Assembly (NCBI RefSeq): GCF_000315625.1
Contig: NW_005434588.1
Location: forward strand, 71,528 to 135,527
Length of the DNA stretch: 64,000 nt
Direction of reading: 5' to 3'
Source: Guillardia theta CCMP2712
Lineage: Eukaryota; Protista; Cryptophyta
Part shown: one piece after another, positions 1 through 11,233 of the stretch
How positions within the stretch are numbered: the first letter of the stretch is position 1
Layout: each line of letters starts with the position of its first letter
Notes under the pieces: model-generated
Database searches by the model: none
What the model saw: only the letters and a program-made list of their open reading frames with translations
What the model was told of the DNA's origin: nothing
Made by a program: the position numbers and the translations under genes

Positions 1-3000
1 AGACGCTCAAGGTTGTAATGCGAACCGCATGGGCTGAGGGTCAACTAGAAAACTTGAAGAAGGCTCATCTCAATCTCAGATGTATTTTAGAGGACGCAAA
101 GATTTCTCAGCTCAACAATGTATCGCACATGATTGAAACATGCTTGCTGCCTTGCTTGGATTTACTTCCTTGCTGCCTAACATCGATGGGATCAAAGTTC
201 AGCATCCATACTGAAGTAATGCTCGAGCTTGTAAGAATTGTGAACGAATTGATCCAGAAACATAATCCGCAACATAATGTTGCGATGTCAATGGGAAACT
301 TAAGTTCTCTTGTTAAAATTCATCACCGATATCAAGAATTTGATAGCAACAAAAAAATGATAATTGAACAAACTTGGGCAGACATCTTGCACAGTGCTGA
401 CTTGATAGTAAAACTCAGTGGTCCTGAGATATATCAAGGTACGCGGACACATGTGTCAGAGGATCTCTACAAAGTTGCGCTACAGATTGAAGACATGGCA
501 GTTAGATCGATGATTCTTCTTATGCTCTACAAACATTGCTCTAACTTGAAGAGCAAGATTGTTGCTGAAGCATTCTTCACGAGTCAATCAAGCTTGACTG
601 ATAACAGTGAGAGCAAACTACTTTTGCGACACTTGGCTGAGGACAGTACAAACTACCAGCAGGCAGACTTCTCCACGTTGACAGACGCAATCAAGCTGGC
701 GATCAGAGCTGGGGTGGAGTTAAGTTCGCCATGGCAGATGTCAGGTGATGGAGAGGAGGCATCGACGGTAAGGCTGTCAATCTTGAGACTCGTTCTTGAG
801 CAACAAGTCCCCGTGCTGAAGCAAACAAACAAGTTGAGAAACAGATCTCAAGACAACAACCTCATCATTCAGCCTGCTCCTGTGCTCTCCTCCGGTCGAC
901 ATACCTTCCTCCTCAAGCTCCTCTCCCCCCTGCCCGCCTCCTCCCCCTCCCGTCTCTCCCCGTGGCTTCACCTCGCCTGGACCCCTCCCCGCTTCCTCCC
1001 CGCCCTCTCTCCTCGCCGATGCAGACGCCGCATGTACGAGCACGGCTTCGCCTACTGCCCCAGCAAGGGCGTCAAGTACAGCAGCGGCGGCAAGACCCCC
1101 TACGCGCAGAGGAGGCTCAAGCCCGGGGACGTGATCGCATGCTCGCTGGACTGCGAGAGGCGAGAGATCCGCTACTTGGTCAACGGGGAGGACCTGGGGG
1201 TAGCGTTCGGGGAGGAGGAGGTGACGGAGGAGGCGTTGGGGGAGGGGCTGAGGTTTACGGTGACGCTGGGGCCGGGGCAGGGGGTCGAGCTTGTGAAGGT
1301 GACCAGATTTGCAGGCTCGGAGGAGGAGGAGGAGGAGAAGAGGGTTGAGGACCTTTCGTGGGAATATCTTGAAATTCGATGTCAGACGTGCAACAACCTC
1401 TGGTGGAGCGAGCAAAACCTTGTTGAAAGCATTCAGCTCCTGCTGACTCATTTGAATATCGAGAATGTCATACTTCCTCGTCCTCACGATTCAAACGTCC
1501 AGACGCAAGACTATAATCTCAAACTACTTTGTTTGAATTCTTCTGTTTGCTTAAACACACATCAGACAAGAAGGGCAAAAGGAAGTTTGACAGACGCGAA
1601 GAGACTAAGTGAGCCCTCAGGGATGTTTGAGATTGTGAAAGTCATCTTAGAGCTGATCAGAGCTTCTTCTTGCGACTCCAGTTCCTTCCAAAGTCTGTGC
1701 GTTTCCGTTCTTGCGATGATCGAACAAGAGGCTTGTACAATGTCACATTGCTTGTCAATCTTACAAGAACTCTATGATGTTTGCTTTGGCTACAGCACGA
1801 ACACTGACAACAATGTACATTCGTTTACCTCACAAGAATTAAGTTTTGAATGTTATCAATGCTCTCAATTGTTGTTGACCAAACGATGCGTTTATTGCCA
1901 GCAATGTCATCAATGCTGCATAACAGCAACTTGCAAACAACACTCACGGAGGTTCAAATCCGACAAACATGAAATTCTCCTGTCGGAGATGTTCAAGCTA
2001 CGCACGATAAAGACAAGCAATTGCATGAACTTGAAAGCAAGCATGGTAGAATATGCTTTCAGGTCATGTTATGCTAAGCCCAATAGCATATTGAGAGACA
2101 ACATCGATGTGATATGCTGCATGTTGGGGTACGGGGGTAAAGGAGGTCAAGCCATCTCTCAACTCTGTGCAGCCTTGTCAACGCATCCAGATCTGATCAA
2201 TACTCGAATAGCACGAGCAGGGCAGAGAGAAGCTTCGACAACGACTCTTGCAATGCGCATCCTTGAGGCATTGTTCAGAGACAGGAGCTGCCGCTATGAC
2301 CGCACAAGTCTTCTCAACCTCTCCTCAACCTCCTCCTTGACCGCCCGAACAAGTCAGACCCTCTCCTCCGGTCGACATACCTTCCTCCTCAAGCTCCTCT
2401 CCCCCCTGCCCGCCTCCTCCCCCTCCCGTCTCTCCCCGTGGCTTCACCTCGCCTGGACCCCTCCCCGCTTCCTCCCCGCCCTCTCTCCTCGCCGATGCAG
2501 ACGCCGCATGTACGAGCACGGCTTCGCCTACTGCCCCAGCAAGGGCGTCAAGTACAGCAGCGGCGGCAAGACCCCCTACGCGCAGAGGAGGCTCAAGCCC
2601 GGGGACGTGATCGCATGCTCGCTGGACTGCGAGAGGCGAGAGATCCGCTACTTGGTCAACGGGGAGGACCTGGGGGTAGCGTTCGGGGAGGAGGAGGTGA
2701 CGGAGGAGGCGGTGGGGGAGGGGCTGAGGTTTACGGTGACGCTGGGGCCGGGGCAGGGGGTCAAGCTTGTAAAGGCGGAGGAGGAGGAGGAGGAGAGTGA
2801 GGGTCGAGAACGAGCATGGGAGATGTTAAGCTTTTACTATGAGGGAGAATGGTGTTATCTGAGAGCCCTTGACCTTGAACTGCTATCGTTCGCTCATGTC
2901 ATAGTCAGGCTTCTTGTAAACAACTCTCAATCTCAAGGCCTTGAGGTATTGAGACTGATGGGTGAAAACTCTTCTTTCTTGCTGTACGGCTCCAACTCAA

Positions 3001-6000
3001 AGGAGTTTCAGATGACAGGATCGCTCATTGATACGCTCTTAGATGAAAAAGTTTTGAGTTCGACATGTCTTAGTCATACCAAAGAAGTGACGGTTGTCGA
3101 GGAGTTGATCCAAAACCTTGAGGAGGTTGTCGGACAAGGGCTGAAGCCATGGATACAACTGATCGCTCACAAACTTGTGAGGTACTGCTCTGAAACTCTT
3201 GATCAAACATTCAAACTTCGCTTTTTATCTTGCTTGATTCCTGCTTTTGTCAAAAACGGTCTTTTGCAATCTATTGCCCCTGAGGTTTCAAGCAACGTCA
3301 GGGAGTCAAAGTGCGATGACAACCAACCATATCCAATCAAATACATCATACGCGTACTGACAGACTACCAGCAACTTGCCTCTTGTCGTCACAGTCCGAC
3401 TGGTTTCAAGTTACTCCATGTCTTGTTCAGGTCACTGGAATCATCCTATGAGATTTTCAAGCATTCAGACGGGCTGATTGTGCAAGGGCTGCCCTATCAT
3501 TCCAAATCCATTCGATGTCAATCAACTCTTGAATCAGGCCGACATACCTTCCTCCTCAAGCTCCTCGCCCCCCTGCCCGCCTCCTCCCCCTCCCGTCTCT
3601 CCCCGTGGCTTCACCTCGCTTGGACCCCTCCCCGCTTCCTCCCCGCCCTCTCTCCTCGCCGATGCAGACGCCGCATGTACGAGCACGGCTTCGCCTACTG
3701 CCCCAGCAAGGGCGTCAAGTACAGCAGCGGCGGCAAGACCCCCTACGCGCAGAGGAGGCTCAAGCCCGGGGACGTGATCGCATGCTCGCTGGACTGCGAG
3801 AGGCGAGAGATCCGCTACTTGGTCAACGGGGAGGACCTGGGGGTAGCGTTCGGGGAGGAGGAGGTGACGGAGGAGGCGGTGGGGGAGGGGCTGAGGTTTA
3901 CGGTGACGCTGGGGCCGGGGCAGGGGTCGAGTTGAGAAATTCTGGAGAAGCTTTGGAGGACGCCGGGTACGAATGTGTTGTGATAGGATCAGAGAGCGAG
4001 AGATGGTTTGCTTGCTCTAGTCAATATGAACATGCCAAGTCACTTTTGAGTTGGCTCATGCAGCAACGTTCACAACAATCTTCAGATGACTTGTCAAGAA
4101 ACCTTAAATGTTGCGTCTCTGATTTCATGCTCGACGATCAGGTTGGACTCAGTTTCAAACAAAACTTTCAGAAGTTTTTCTTTGAACTTGAGTTTGAGGC
4201 AGCAGAAGCAACGATGATGATAGAATCAAGGAGCAGCATCTTCAAGGCTTCTGAAGTTTGTCTTCCTCTCATTCCTTCATTGTACATTCACATGTGGTAT
4301 GCAAACAAGATATCCCAACTCTCTCTCGTTCGCATTCAGCTCAGCGATATTCCAGCAGAGATATCTATACTCAGACTGCAAAGCCTCGACGTGTCTGAGA
4401 ATCGTCTTAATCACCTTTCTCCGTCATTGTGTTTGGTGGTCACTCTCGAGATTTTGAGGTGTAACAACAACTTCTTGTCGATTCTCCCGGACGACATCGG
4501 GCTGCTTGTCAATCTTATCAAGCTAGAAGCAGCTCAGAACGCCCTGTCCTCCCTTCCTGACTCGCTCTTCTCTCTTGCTCGCCTTGAGGACCTCGACATC
4601 AGTGGCCCACCCTTGCCGAGAGAAAGGCTGTGCAGAAACTCAACAGCTGAGCTCGAGCTGGACAGCTTCCTCGGGTTCTTCCGTGAGGTTTCTTGCTGGG
4701 AGGAGATCGTTGGACGGTCGGAGCAGGAGGAGATGTTCTACCGACATGCGCAGGAGGGAGTGGTAGCGAGGGAGAGGCTCGTTGACTTAGAGGAAGAGAT
4801 GCTGCACAAGTATTGGAGGTACAAGGGACGGAGACACGAGTCGTTCTCCTTCGATCCAGCCATCCTGACCATGCGGTCGTTGAGGCGCCTGAGCATGAGG
4901 AATGTTGGCATTCAAGGTAGGCTCCTGATACCTCGCCACGTCACCACGGGGAGCCTGGAGGAGGTGGACCTTTCGTACAATCAGATCAGCGATGTGAGTT
5001 TGACCTCTCAGTCTCTGCGGGGCCTCAAGCGCTTCTGCTTGGAGGGCAACCGGCTGCTCATCCCCGAGGAGGTGAAGAAGCGCGGAGAAGCTTCAGTCTT
5101 GAACTTCTTGAGGGGAAGGGCGGAAGCGAGTCAAGAGTCCTTCAAGCTGATGCTGTTCCTGCACGGGCTGGGAGGCGTCGGAAAGACTTGCCTGCTCGCG
5201 GCGCTCAAAGGCAAAGAGTTTGACCCCGACGGCGAAATGACGGACGGCATTGAGATCTCTTCTTGGAAGGTTAGGGTGGAGGAGGAGGAGGTCCAGTACC
5301 TCAAGCAAGCCTTGACCGAGAGCCAGCAGAATCAGGTCAGCCAGAGGCTCAGTCGCAAGCGCATCGAGGACTTGATGGGGGTCGAGATCGAGTTTGTGGT
5401 GCATGACTTTGCGGGACAGGAGGTCTACTACAACTCTCATCAACTCTTCCTTCACAACCGAGCTCTCGAGCTCGTCCTCTGGGACGTCCGGCGAGGGTTT
5501 GACAACAGCGGAGTTTGCTTCTGGCTGAACAACATCAAGACCTGCGCTCCAAGAGCTGCGATCATCATCGTGGGGACTAAGACAGATGAGATGGATACGC
5601 CGCCTCTGGACCTGCACGCGCTCTCTCAAAAGTTCCCTCAGGTCAAGGCATTTCACGCTGTGAGCTCGAAGACGATGCGAGGGGTGGAGGACCTGAGGCG
5701 CCTGCTAGTCAAGCAGGCCCTGCTGGAGGAGCACGTGGGGCAGAGCATACCTCACAAGTGGTCGATCCTGGAAGACATCATCGTGCAAGAGGCAAGGTCG
5801 AGCAAGACTGGCTACGTTCGCTTCCCGACCCTCAGAGAGTGGGCCAGGTTGAGCGCCTTCAGCTCCGACGACGCCATCGAGGACGCTGCCGATTTCCTGC
5901 ATGACATCGGGACGATCGTGAGGTTCTCAGACGAGGACGCGAGGCTGACGGGGCTGGACGACGTTGTCATCACAGACAAGCAGTGGCTGGCTGACGTCAT

Positions 6001-8632
6001 GAGCAGCATCATCACCTCCAAGTCTAGAGTTCACGTCCTGTCGCACGCAGACCTGTCCAGCATGTGGCAGGCGTTTCCCCCTGACGTTCATAGCAACCTC
6101 ATCGACCTGCTCAAGAAGTTCGACCTGCTGGTGGAGACTGACAGTCGGAGCTTCCTCGTTCCCTGCCTCCTCCCCCTTGGCGCCCCTAGAGGAGAAGACC
6201 TTGAAGCTTTCACCCTCATCCCGGGAGAGCGGCTCTCCCTGTCCTACCGCACCTTCGCGCTCTCCTTCTGCCCCTACGGCTTCTTCAACCTCCTCCAGGC
6301 TCGTCTGCGTGACTTGGACGCCAGCAGGTTCCCCTGGTGCCGCGTCGGGATGTGGCGGAACGGCATGCCCATCGCGTCGTCCTACCATTCTCGAGGAGTT
6401 GTCATACTGCACCAAGAGGAAAACAAGGTTGAATGTACTTTCTCGGGAGAAGGAAAGGACAACTTGATCAGCGTGGTATCAGAGAGTATCTTCATCCTGC
6501 TCACCGATAAGTATCAGGTCACCTACGACGTCTTCTTGCCATGCCAAGGCTGCTTGGACGTCTGCCCTCGCGCTCCTCACATGTTTTCAAGCAACGTCAC
6601 TCTCAAACGAGCCATGCAGAAGCATCAGATCTTCTTGCAGTGCCACAAGGAGTTTCACAACATCCCGGTCGCTCACTACCTGGCAGCCATGCCCCATTCG
6701 TCGCGAGTTTCTCAAGAGCAGCTGAGCTCAGTGCTGGAGGGCATCGGCTTGTGGAAGGCAACACACAGGGCGCACGTGTACTTGAGCTATGCTCGAGGGG
6801 ACGAGGAAGCGTTGCGAGCAGGTCTGCGGGTCAAGGCTCTCCTCCTAGAGCAGCTCATCGACGTCTGGTTCCCAACCCATGACTCGCCGGATGCCGTGAG
6901 AGCCAACGAGCTGGCCTTGTCCTCTGCTACCATCGTCATCGCCCTCATCACCAAGCGGTACTGCCTCCCGCACGGGCTCGGGCTCAAGGAAATTCAGTAC
7001 GCGGTGGAAGTCAAACCCAAGCCCGTCATCCCGGTGGTGGTGGAGGACGAGAGCCCGTCGTTTCCTCTCGCCTGGATGACTAGCTCTGTCGGGCTCCACC
7101 TGTGCGGCCTGCTGTACGTCGACCTGAGGGCGCGGGACGAGGAGCAATTTTCACTCGTTGCTCGAAGAACACAAGCGCTGCTGGCTGCTTCTGGAGTCAG
7201 AGGTGGCAGGAGCAGCGAGCACTTCGACTTCATGATCAGCTACAGCTGGTCCAACTGCGACAACGGGGAGGAGGCAGGGGAGGAGGGCGATACGAGGAGG
7301 GAGTTCTGGAGCCCCCGGCGGATCAAACGAGCGCTAGAGGAGAGCGCAGGGTCAGGCAAGCAGCTGCGAGGCTGGATCGATGTGGAGCAGCTGGGCAACC
7401 GACCAAGAGAGGGGCTGTATGAGGGGATACGACGAGGGCTGACTGAGTCTCAAGTGCTGGTAGTATGCATGAGTAACGAGTATGCCATGAGCAGGAACTG
7501 CAGCATGGAGTGCAGATATGCTCTGCTGCTCAACAAACCTGTCCTGCTAGCCCTTGTAGGAAGTGATGACAACTCTCCCTTGCCTCCTGCCTGGAAGTCA
7601 ACTGAGACTGGACTGTTGACAAGCCACCTTTGGTCTGAGATTAGCAAACAGGAAGAGCTGTTCTTTGACTTCAGGAGGGTGCGGAGCAAGTCACAGTTTG
7701 ATGCGATCATATCGAGTTTGAAGAGAAAGATTGAAGAGATGCAACGGAACGACCAGGAAGCAAGTGAAACGCGAGCAGGTCAAGAGACGTCACCCACGAC
7801 TATCGATCTGTCAGATTCAGTGGAGGAGCAGATGAAGTTTGGGAGGAGGATGGCTATTCAGTTCTTTCGCAGTCACTCTTCCTTCGGGTCTACCTTTCCC
7901 GTCCTCTGGGTCATCCAGTGGCAGCCGAAGGCTCAAGACACCCTCACAGCCTTCGACGCGTGGGAGGACAACGACTACTTCTTGCGCCCTGTCTCTGAGA
8001 CCCCCGACGCATGGGTGCTCGTGCCTCGTGCTCGGTTCAGGATTGACGACGCGCGTCATCGCATCAAGAGCTTGTCTTCCCTGCTCTTCCTCGTGGTCCG
8101 ATGCCTTGCTGTCCTCCAACAAGGCGTCCTGTGCTCTCTCAGCAAGGTTGAAGACTCCAAGGGCGAGACTTCGGCGATGAAGAAGTTCCTGCGGTACGAG
8201 GAGTTGGAGGTTTTCCTTGAGGGCAGCAGCAAGGGAATGGTCGGGAGGGCAGAAGCGATTAGAGAGTCTCTTCAGCTGATCCACAACCTCGTCAAGAGCG
8301 ACGACTCGTGGAGCTCGAGCTCGTCTGAGCTCAAACTCGAGGTCTTGCCGAGCAAAGAAGTCTTCTGGAGCTTTTGGAGCAAAGACCTTGTCCGAGATAC
8401 AATCGATGCAGACTGGTTGGTCGAGTGGACGAGGCGATCTAACCAACTGGAGGAGGGAGGGAGGAGGAGCAGGCCGAGGGGCGTCACTTTGGATGAGCAA
8501 GTCATGATGGCAGAGACCTCAGTCGTACCATCAGATGTCACTGATGATCAGTCGAACATCAAGAGATTGAAGCAGATTCTTTCACGACAAGAGCTCTTGC
8601 TCAGTAAGTTCCCTCAGACTAGCATCAAGTGA
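1..8632 (+). CDS. Roco-family protein: 3x SPRY-like, LRR, Roc GTPase, COR, 2x TIR; 5'-partial; interrupted by a 1-nt frameshift near 3925
   Basis: ORFs 18-3935 and 3605-8632 join if one G is restored in copy 3 (copies 1/2 read CAGGGGGTC, copy 3 reads CAGGGGTC). Roc motifs GLGGVGKT, TDGIEI, HDFAGQEVY, VGTKTD, VSSKT. LRRs (LQSLDVSENRL, LEEVDLSYNQI). COR (FLHDIGTIV...DKQWLADVMSSI). TIRs (VYLSYA..., FMISYSW...WIDVEQL...SRNCSMECRYA). The reading frame is open to the left window edge. Confidence 0.88.
885..1299 (+). repeat. SPRY-coding cassette copy 1 (~410 bp, GC-rich)
   Basis: Near-identical to 2361-2775 and 3537-3931; encodes ...GDVIACSLDCERREIRYLVNGEDLGVAF..., a typical SPRY C-terminal segment. 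Confidence 0.95.
2361..2775 (+). repeat. SPRY-coding cassette copy 2
   Basis: Direct repeat of copy 1 with very few substitutions. Confidence 0.95.
3537..3931 (+). repeat. SPRY-coding cassette copy 3 (ends in 1-nt deletion)
   Basis: Direct repeat of copies 1/2; the G run in the terminal CAGGGG(G)TC is one base shorter. Confidence 0.95.
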
Positions 8633-9080
8633 ATTAAAGCTAGCTAAATCAATAAAGAAAGTCTTCGAGCTCATTGGTTTTGGGCCCGATGGAAATTGAG
8701 ATGCAGTACATGGGGTGTATGCTTTTATAGTGTATAGCAGGTGCGAGGCGCTAAGATGAGAGGACGAGAGAAGGGAGAGGAAGCGAGGAGTGTTGGAGAC
8801 AGAAAGAGAGTCGAGAAGAGGGGAGAGGGGAAGCGGGAAGGTTAGATGTAAGGTGAGGCTAGGTGAAAGGGGTAAAAGCAGGGACAAAGGAAAGGGAAGG
8901 TAAAGGATTGACGTCATTTCTACCTCTAGGATCTGTATGAAACTGGATTAAGGGAATGTTTCGAGGAGACCAACCTAGTTGATTTCACTGTGAGTATTCC
9001 TCCCTCCATTCGATCGCTTTAGAACGATCCGACGTGGAAAATTGCTGACGTCTCCAAGGATGATTTCAAATTGAGAGTGC

Positions 9081-11122
9081 ATGTCCATCGCGGCGATCTC
9101 AGGTTCAAACATGAGAGCTTTTACCTTCGGGAGTCCGGGCTTCATTCAAAGAGCCAATGTTAGCGACGCCTTGCCTTGACTTGTCCGATCCAACTCATTT
9201 CTCCTTTTGTTCTGCAGAGCATTCTAGAAGGTCAGGGGTACTCAGTCACTACCTTCTGCACAGAAGGTAGAGAGAGGTAGGCGTCGCTCACGGGGTATCC
9301 ACCTTCCAGCAGGACGACAAGCTGTAGATCTCCTTGACAGCTTCAGCAACAACCATTCTTACAATGGCTGGCAATTCTGCGCTTGCGAGTTCATTCCGCA
9401 GACAGCAGAAGGGCATACAGCACTGCAGGTTTACCCACCTTGCATGCAAAGATTGCGAGGACTGAGAAGACTCTGACTGCAGGTTGTTCGAGAAGTAAGG
9501 AAATCATCGCTGAGAACTTTCATTGCCATCTGGAGTTTGGTTGGAGCTGAGGTGATACCTTCCCCGATTCAACAAATCCTTGATTGTTCATCTTATCCTC
9601 GATCGACTCTGCCTTTCCTTGTCGTGACCTGGGCAAACAGTCTGCTGCTCTACGATTAGCTTGTTTCGAACTCGGTGCCAACATGGTGACTCATCATTGT
9701 CGAGGATGAGGGACTGAAATCTTTGTCCAGGTCACTCAGTGCGAAAACTCTCTACGGGAAGTTGCTGCTCAAGTATACCGGTGAGCTAATGGACTTTGCG
9801 CGACACATTCTAGCAGTCACACCTGCGGATCTCACCTAACTTGGTCATGCTGTGCTGCTGTAGGCACGGGATGCAGAACGGACACTTGGAATGTGCAGCG
9901 TGTGGAATGCAACGACTGACAGAAGGTTCGGTGGTATTTGACGTTCAAGTGGTCACGACAGACTTCAGACGGCCTCTGGCAACATTTTCCTCTATTTCAT
10001 GTGAACCAGCCAAATGTGGGCTTGCAGGTGACGATGCCTTGCTGGAATGAGTTGCGAATCCTGACAGAGCCTGTTCAGAGTTGCTGCATTTGTGATAAAC
10101 GAGTTTCAAACTTTGCGGTGCATCTGCGAAACGAGCATGGGCCACCTGGTAGAGGCAAGGCCTGCTTCTGCTTTTCATTGACTGCTCTTCACTTTCGCAG
10201 GCCGAGGGGAGATGGAAGCAGAGAACAGAAAACAGATTCCGCTATACTCCTTCGCGCTTGTCGTGTGTCGGGTGTTGTCACTGTCTGCCAGCTCTCCTCT
10301 CTATATGACTATTTTCTTTTTTTCGTCTCAGCATCCCGACGGACGTTTCCTCCTAGTGCAAGAGTTCTGCAATCAGGTCAGCACGACTCTCCGAGCGATC
10401 CCTCACGCCTCCTCAGGGTTTCTGGTTACCGGGAGGAGCCGTAGACCCCCACGAGTCGCTCTCCTCAGCAGCCATCAGGTCGCTTCCTCATGGCACATGA
10501 GACCTGGAGGCTGAGAGTGATGGGGAGCAGGGAGACGAAGGAGGAGGCAGGCATCGACATAGAGCTGACAGGCAAGCTCGTTCTCCTTGTGAGAACGGGC
10601 CTCGTCGCTGACGGCCCTCCCAGGCATCTTGAAGATCGAGCATGCTTCAAGAGAGCAATATGTCCGCATGCGCTGGATCTTTGCTGCACGGTACATGCTT
10701 TACTCATCCTTGTCCTGTTCCACATCCTCGGCCCCCTGACCTCTTGCAGCCCCAAGGATGTCCACCAGCTGCCCAAGTCCATCCCCGACTACGAGAGCGT
10801 CGGGGCCTCGTGGGTCTCGCTGGAGGTTCAGCCGCTTGCGCTGAACGCTCTCCTAACCCGCACCCTGCGCAGGAGATTTCCCAGCTGAGGCTGCGGGGGA
10901 CAGAACCGATCCAGTGGTGCAACTACTTGGCGAACGGAGGGCAGGTGAAACGAGAGAGGAGAGCAGCAGGAGGAAACAGAGCAGGAGAAGGAGGGAAGAA
11001 GGAAGTGGAAGGGGAAGGGCAGGAGGATAAGGATGAAGAGGAGAGGGACGGGAGAGGTTCCGGATGTTGAAGTGCGCTTGCAGGTGTATCCCCTTTCGTT
11101 GCTACAAGACCATGGGAAGTGA
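9081..11122 (+). CDS. Multi-exon Nudix hydrolase with Di19-like C2H2 zinc fingers and a possible degenerate receiver-like N-terminus
   Basis: Spliced reading: CAACGMQRLTEDGLWQHFPLFH...CCICDKRVSNFAVHLRNEH; FALVVCR-HPDGRFLLVQEFCNQ-GFWLPGGAVDPHESLSSAAIR-ETKEEAGI (Nudix box GX5EX7REUXEEXGU); stop TGA 11120-11122. Confidence 0.85.
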
Positions 11123-11233
11123 CAATGGAGGAATCGAGAGCAGAACATAGAATCTTTCAATCAGGAGAAAATGCATAAAGTGTACATGTCGATCAGGAAG
11201 GAATGATCAGTGGGAGGCAGCAGCTGCCGATAT

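Noticed and set aside
3605-3925. N-terminus of the 1675-aa ORF and the small ORFs at 962 and 2438
   Set aside because: Alternative-frame readings of the GC-rich SPRY cassette, starting at a non-ATG codon
3905-3960. Programmed -1 ribosomal frameshift
   Set aside because: No canonical X XXY YYZ slippery heptamer at the junction; a simple indel explains it
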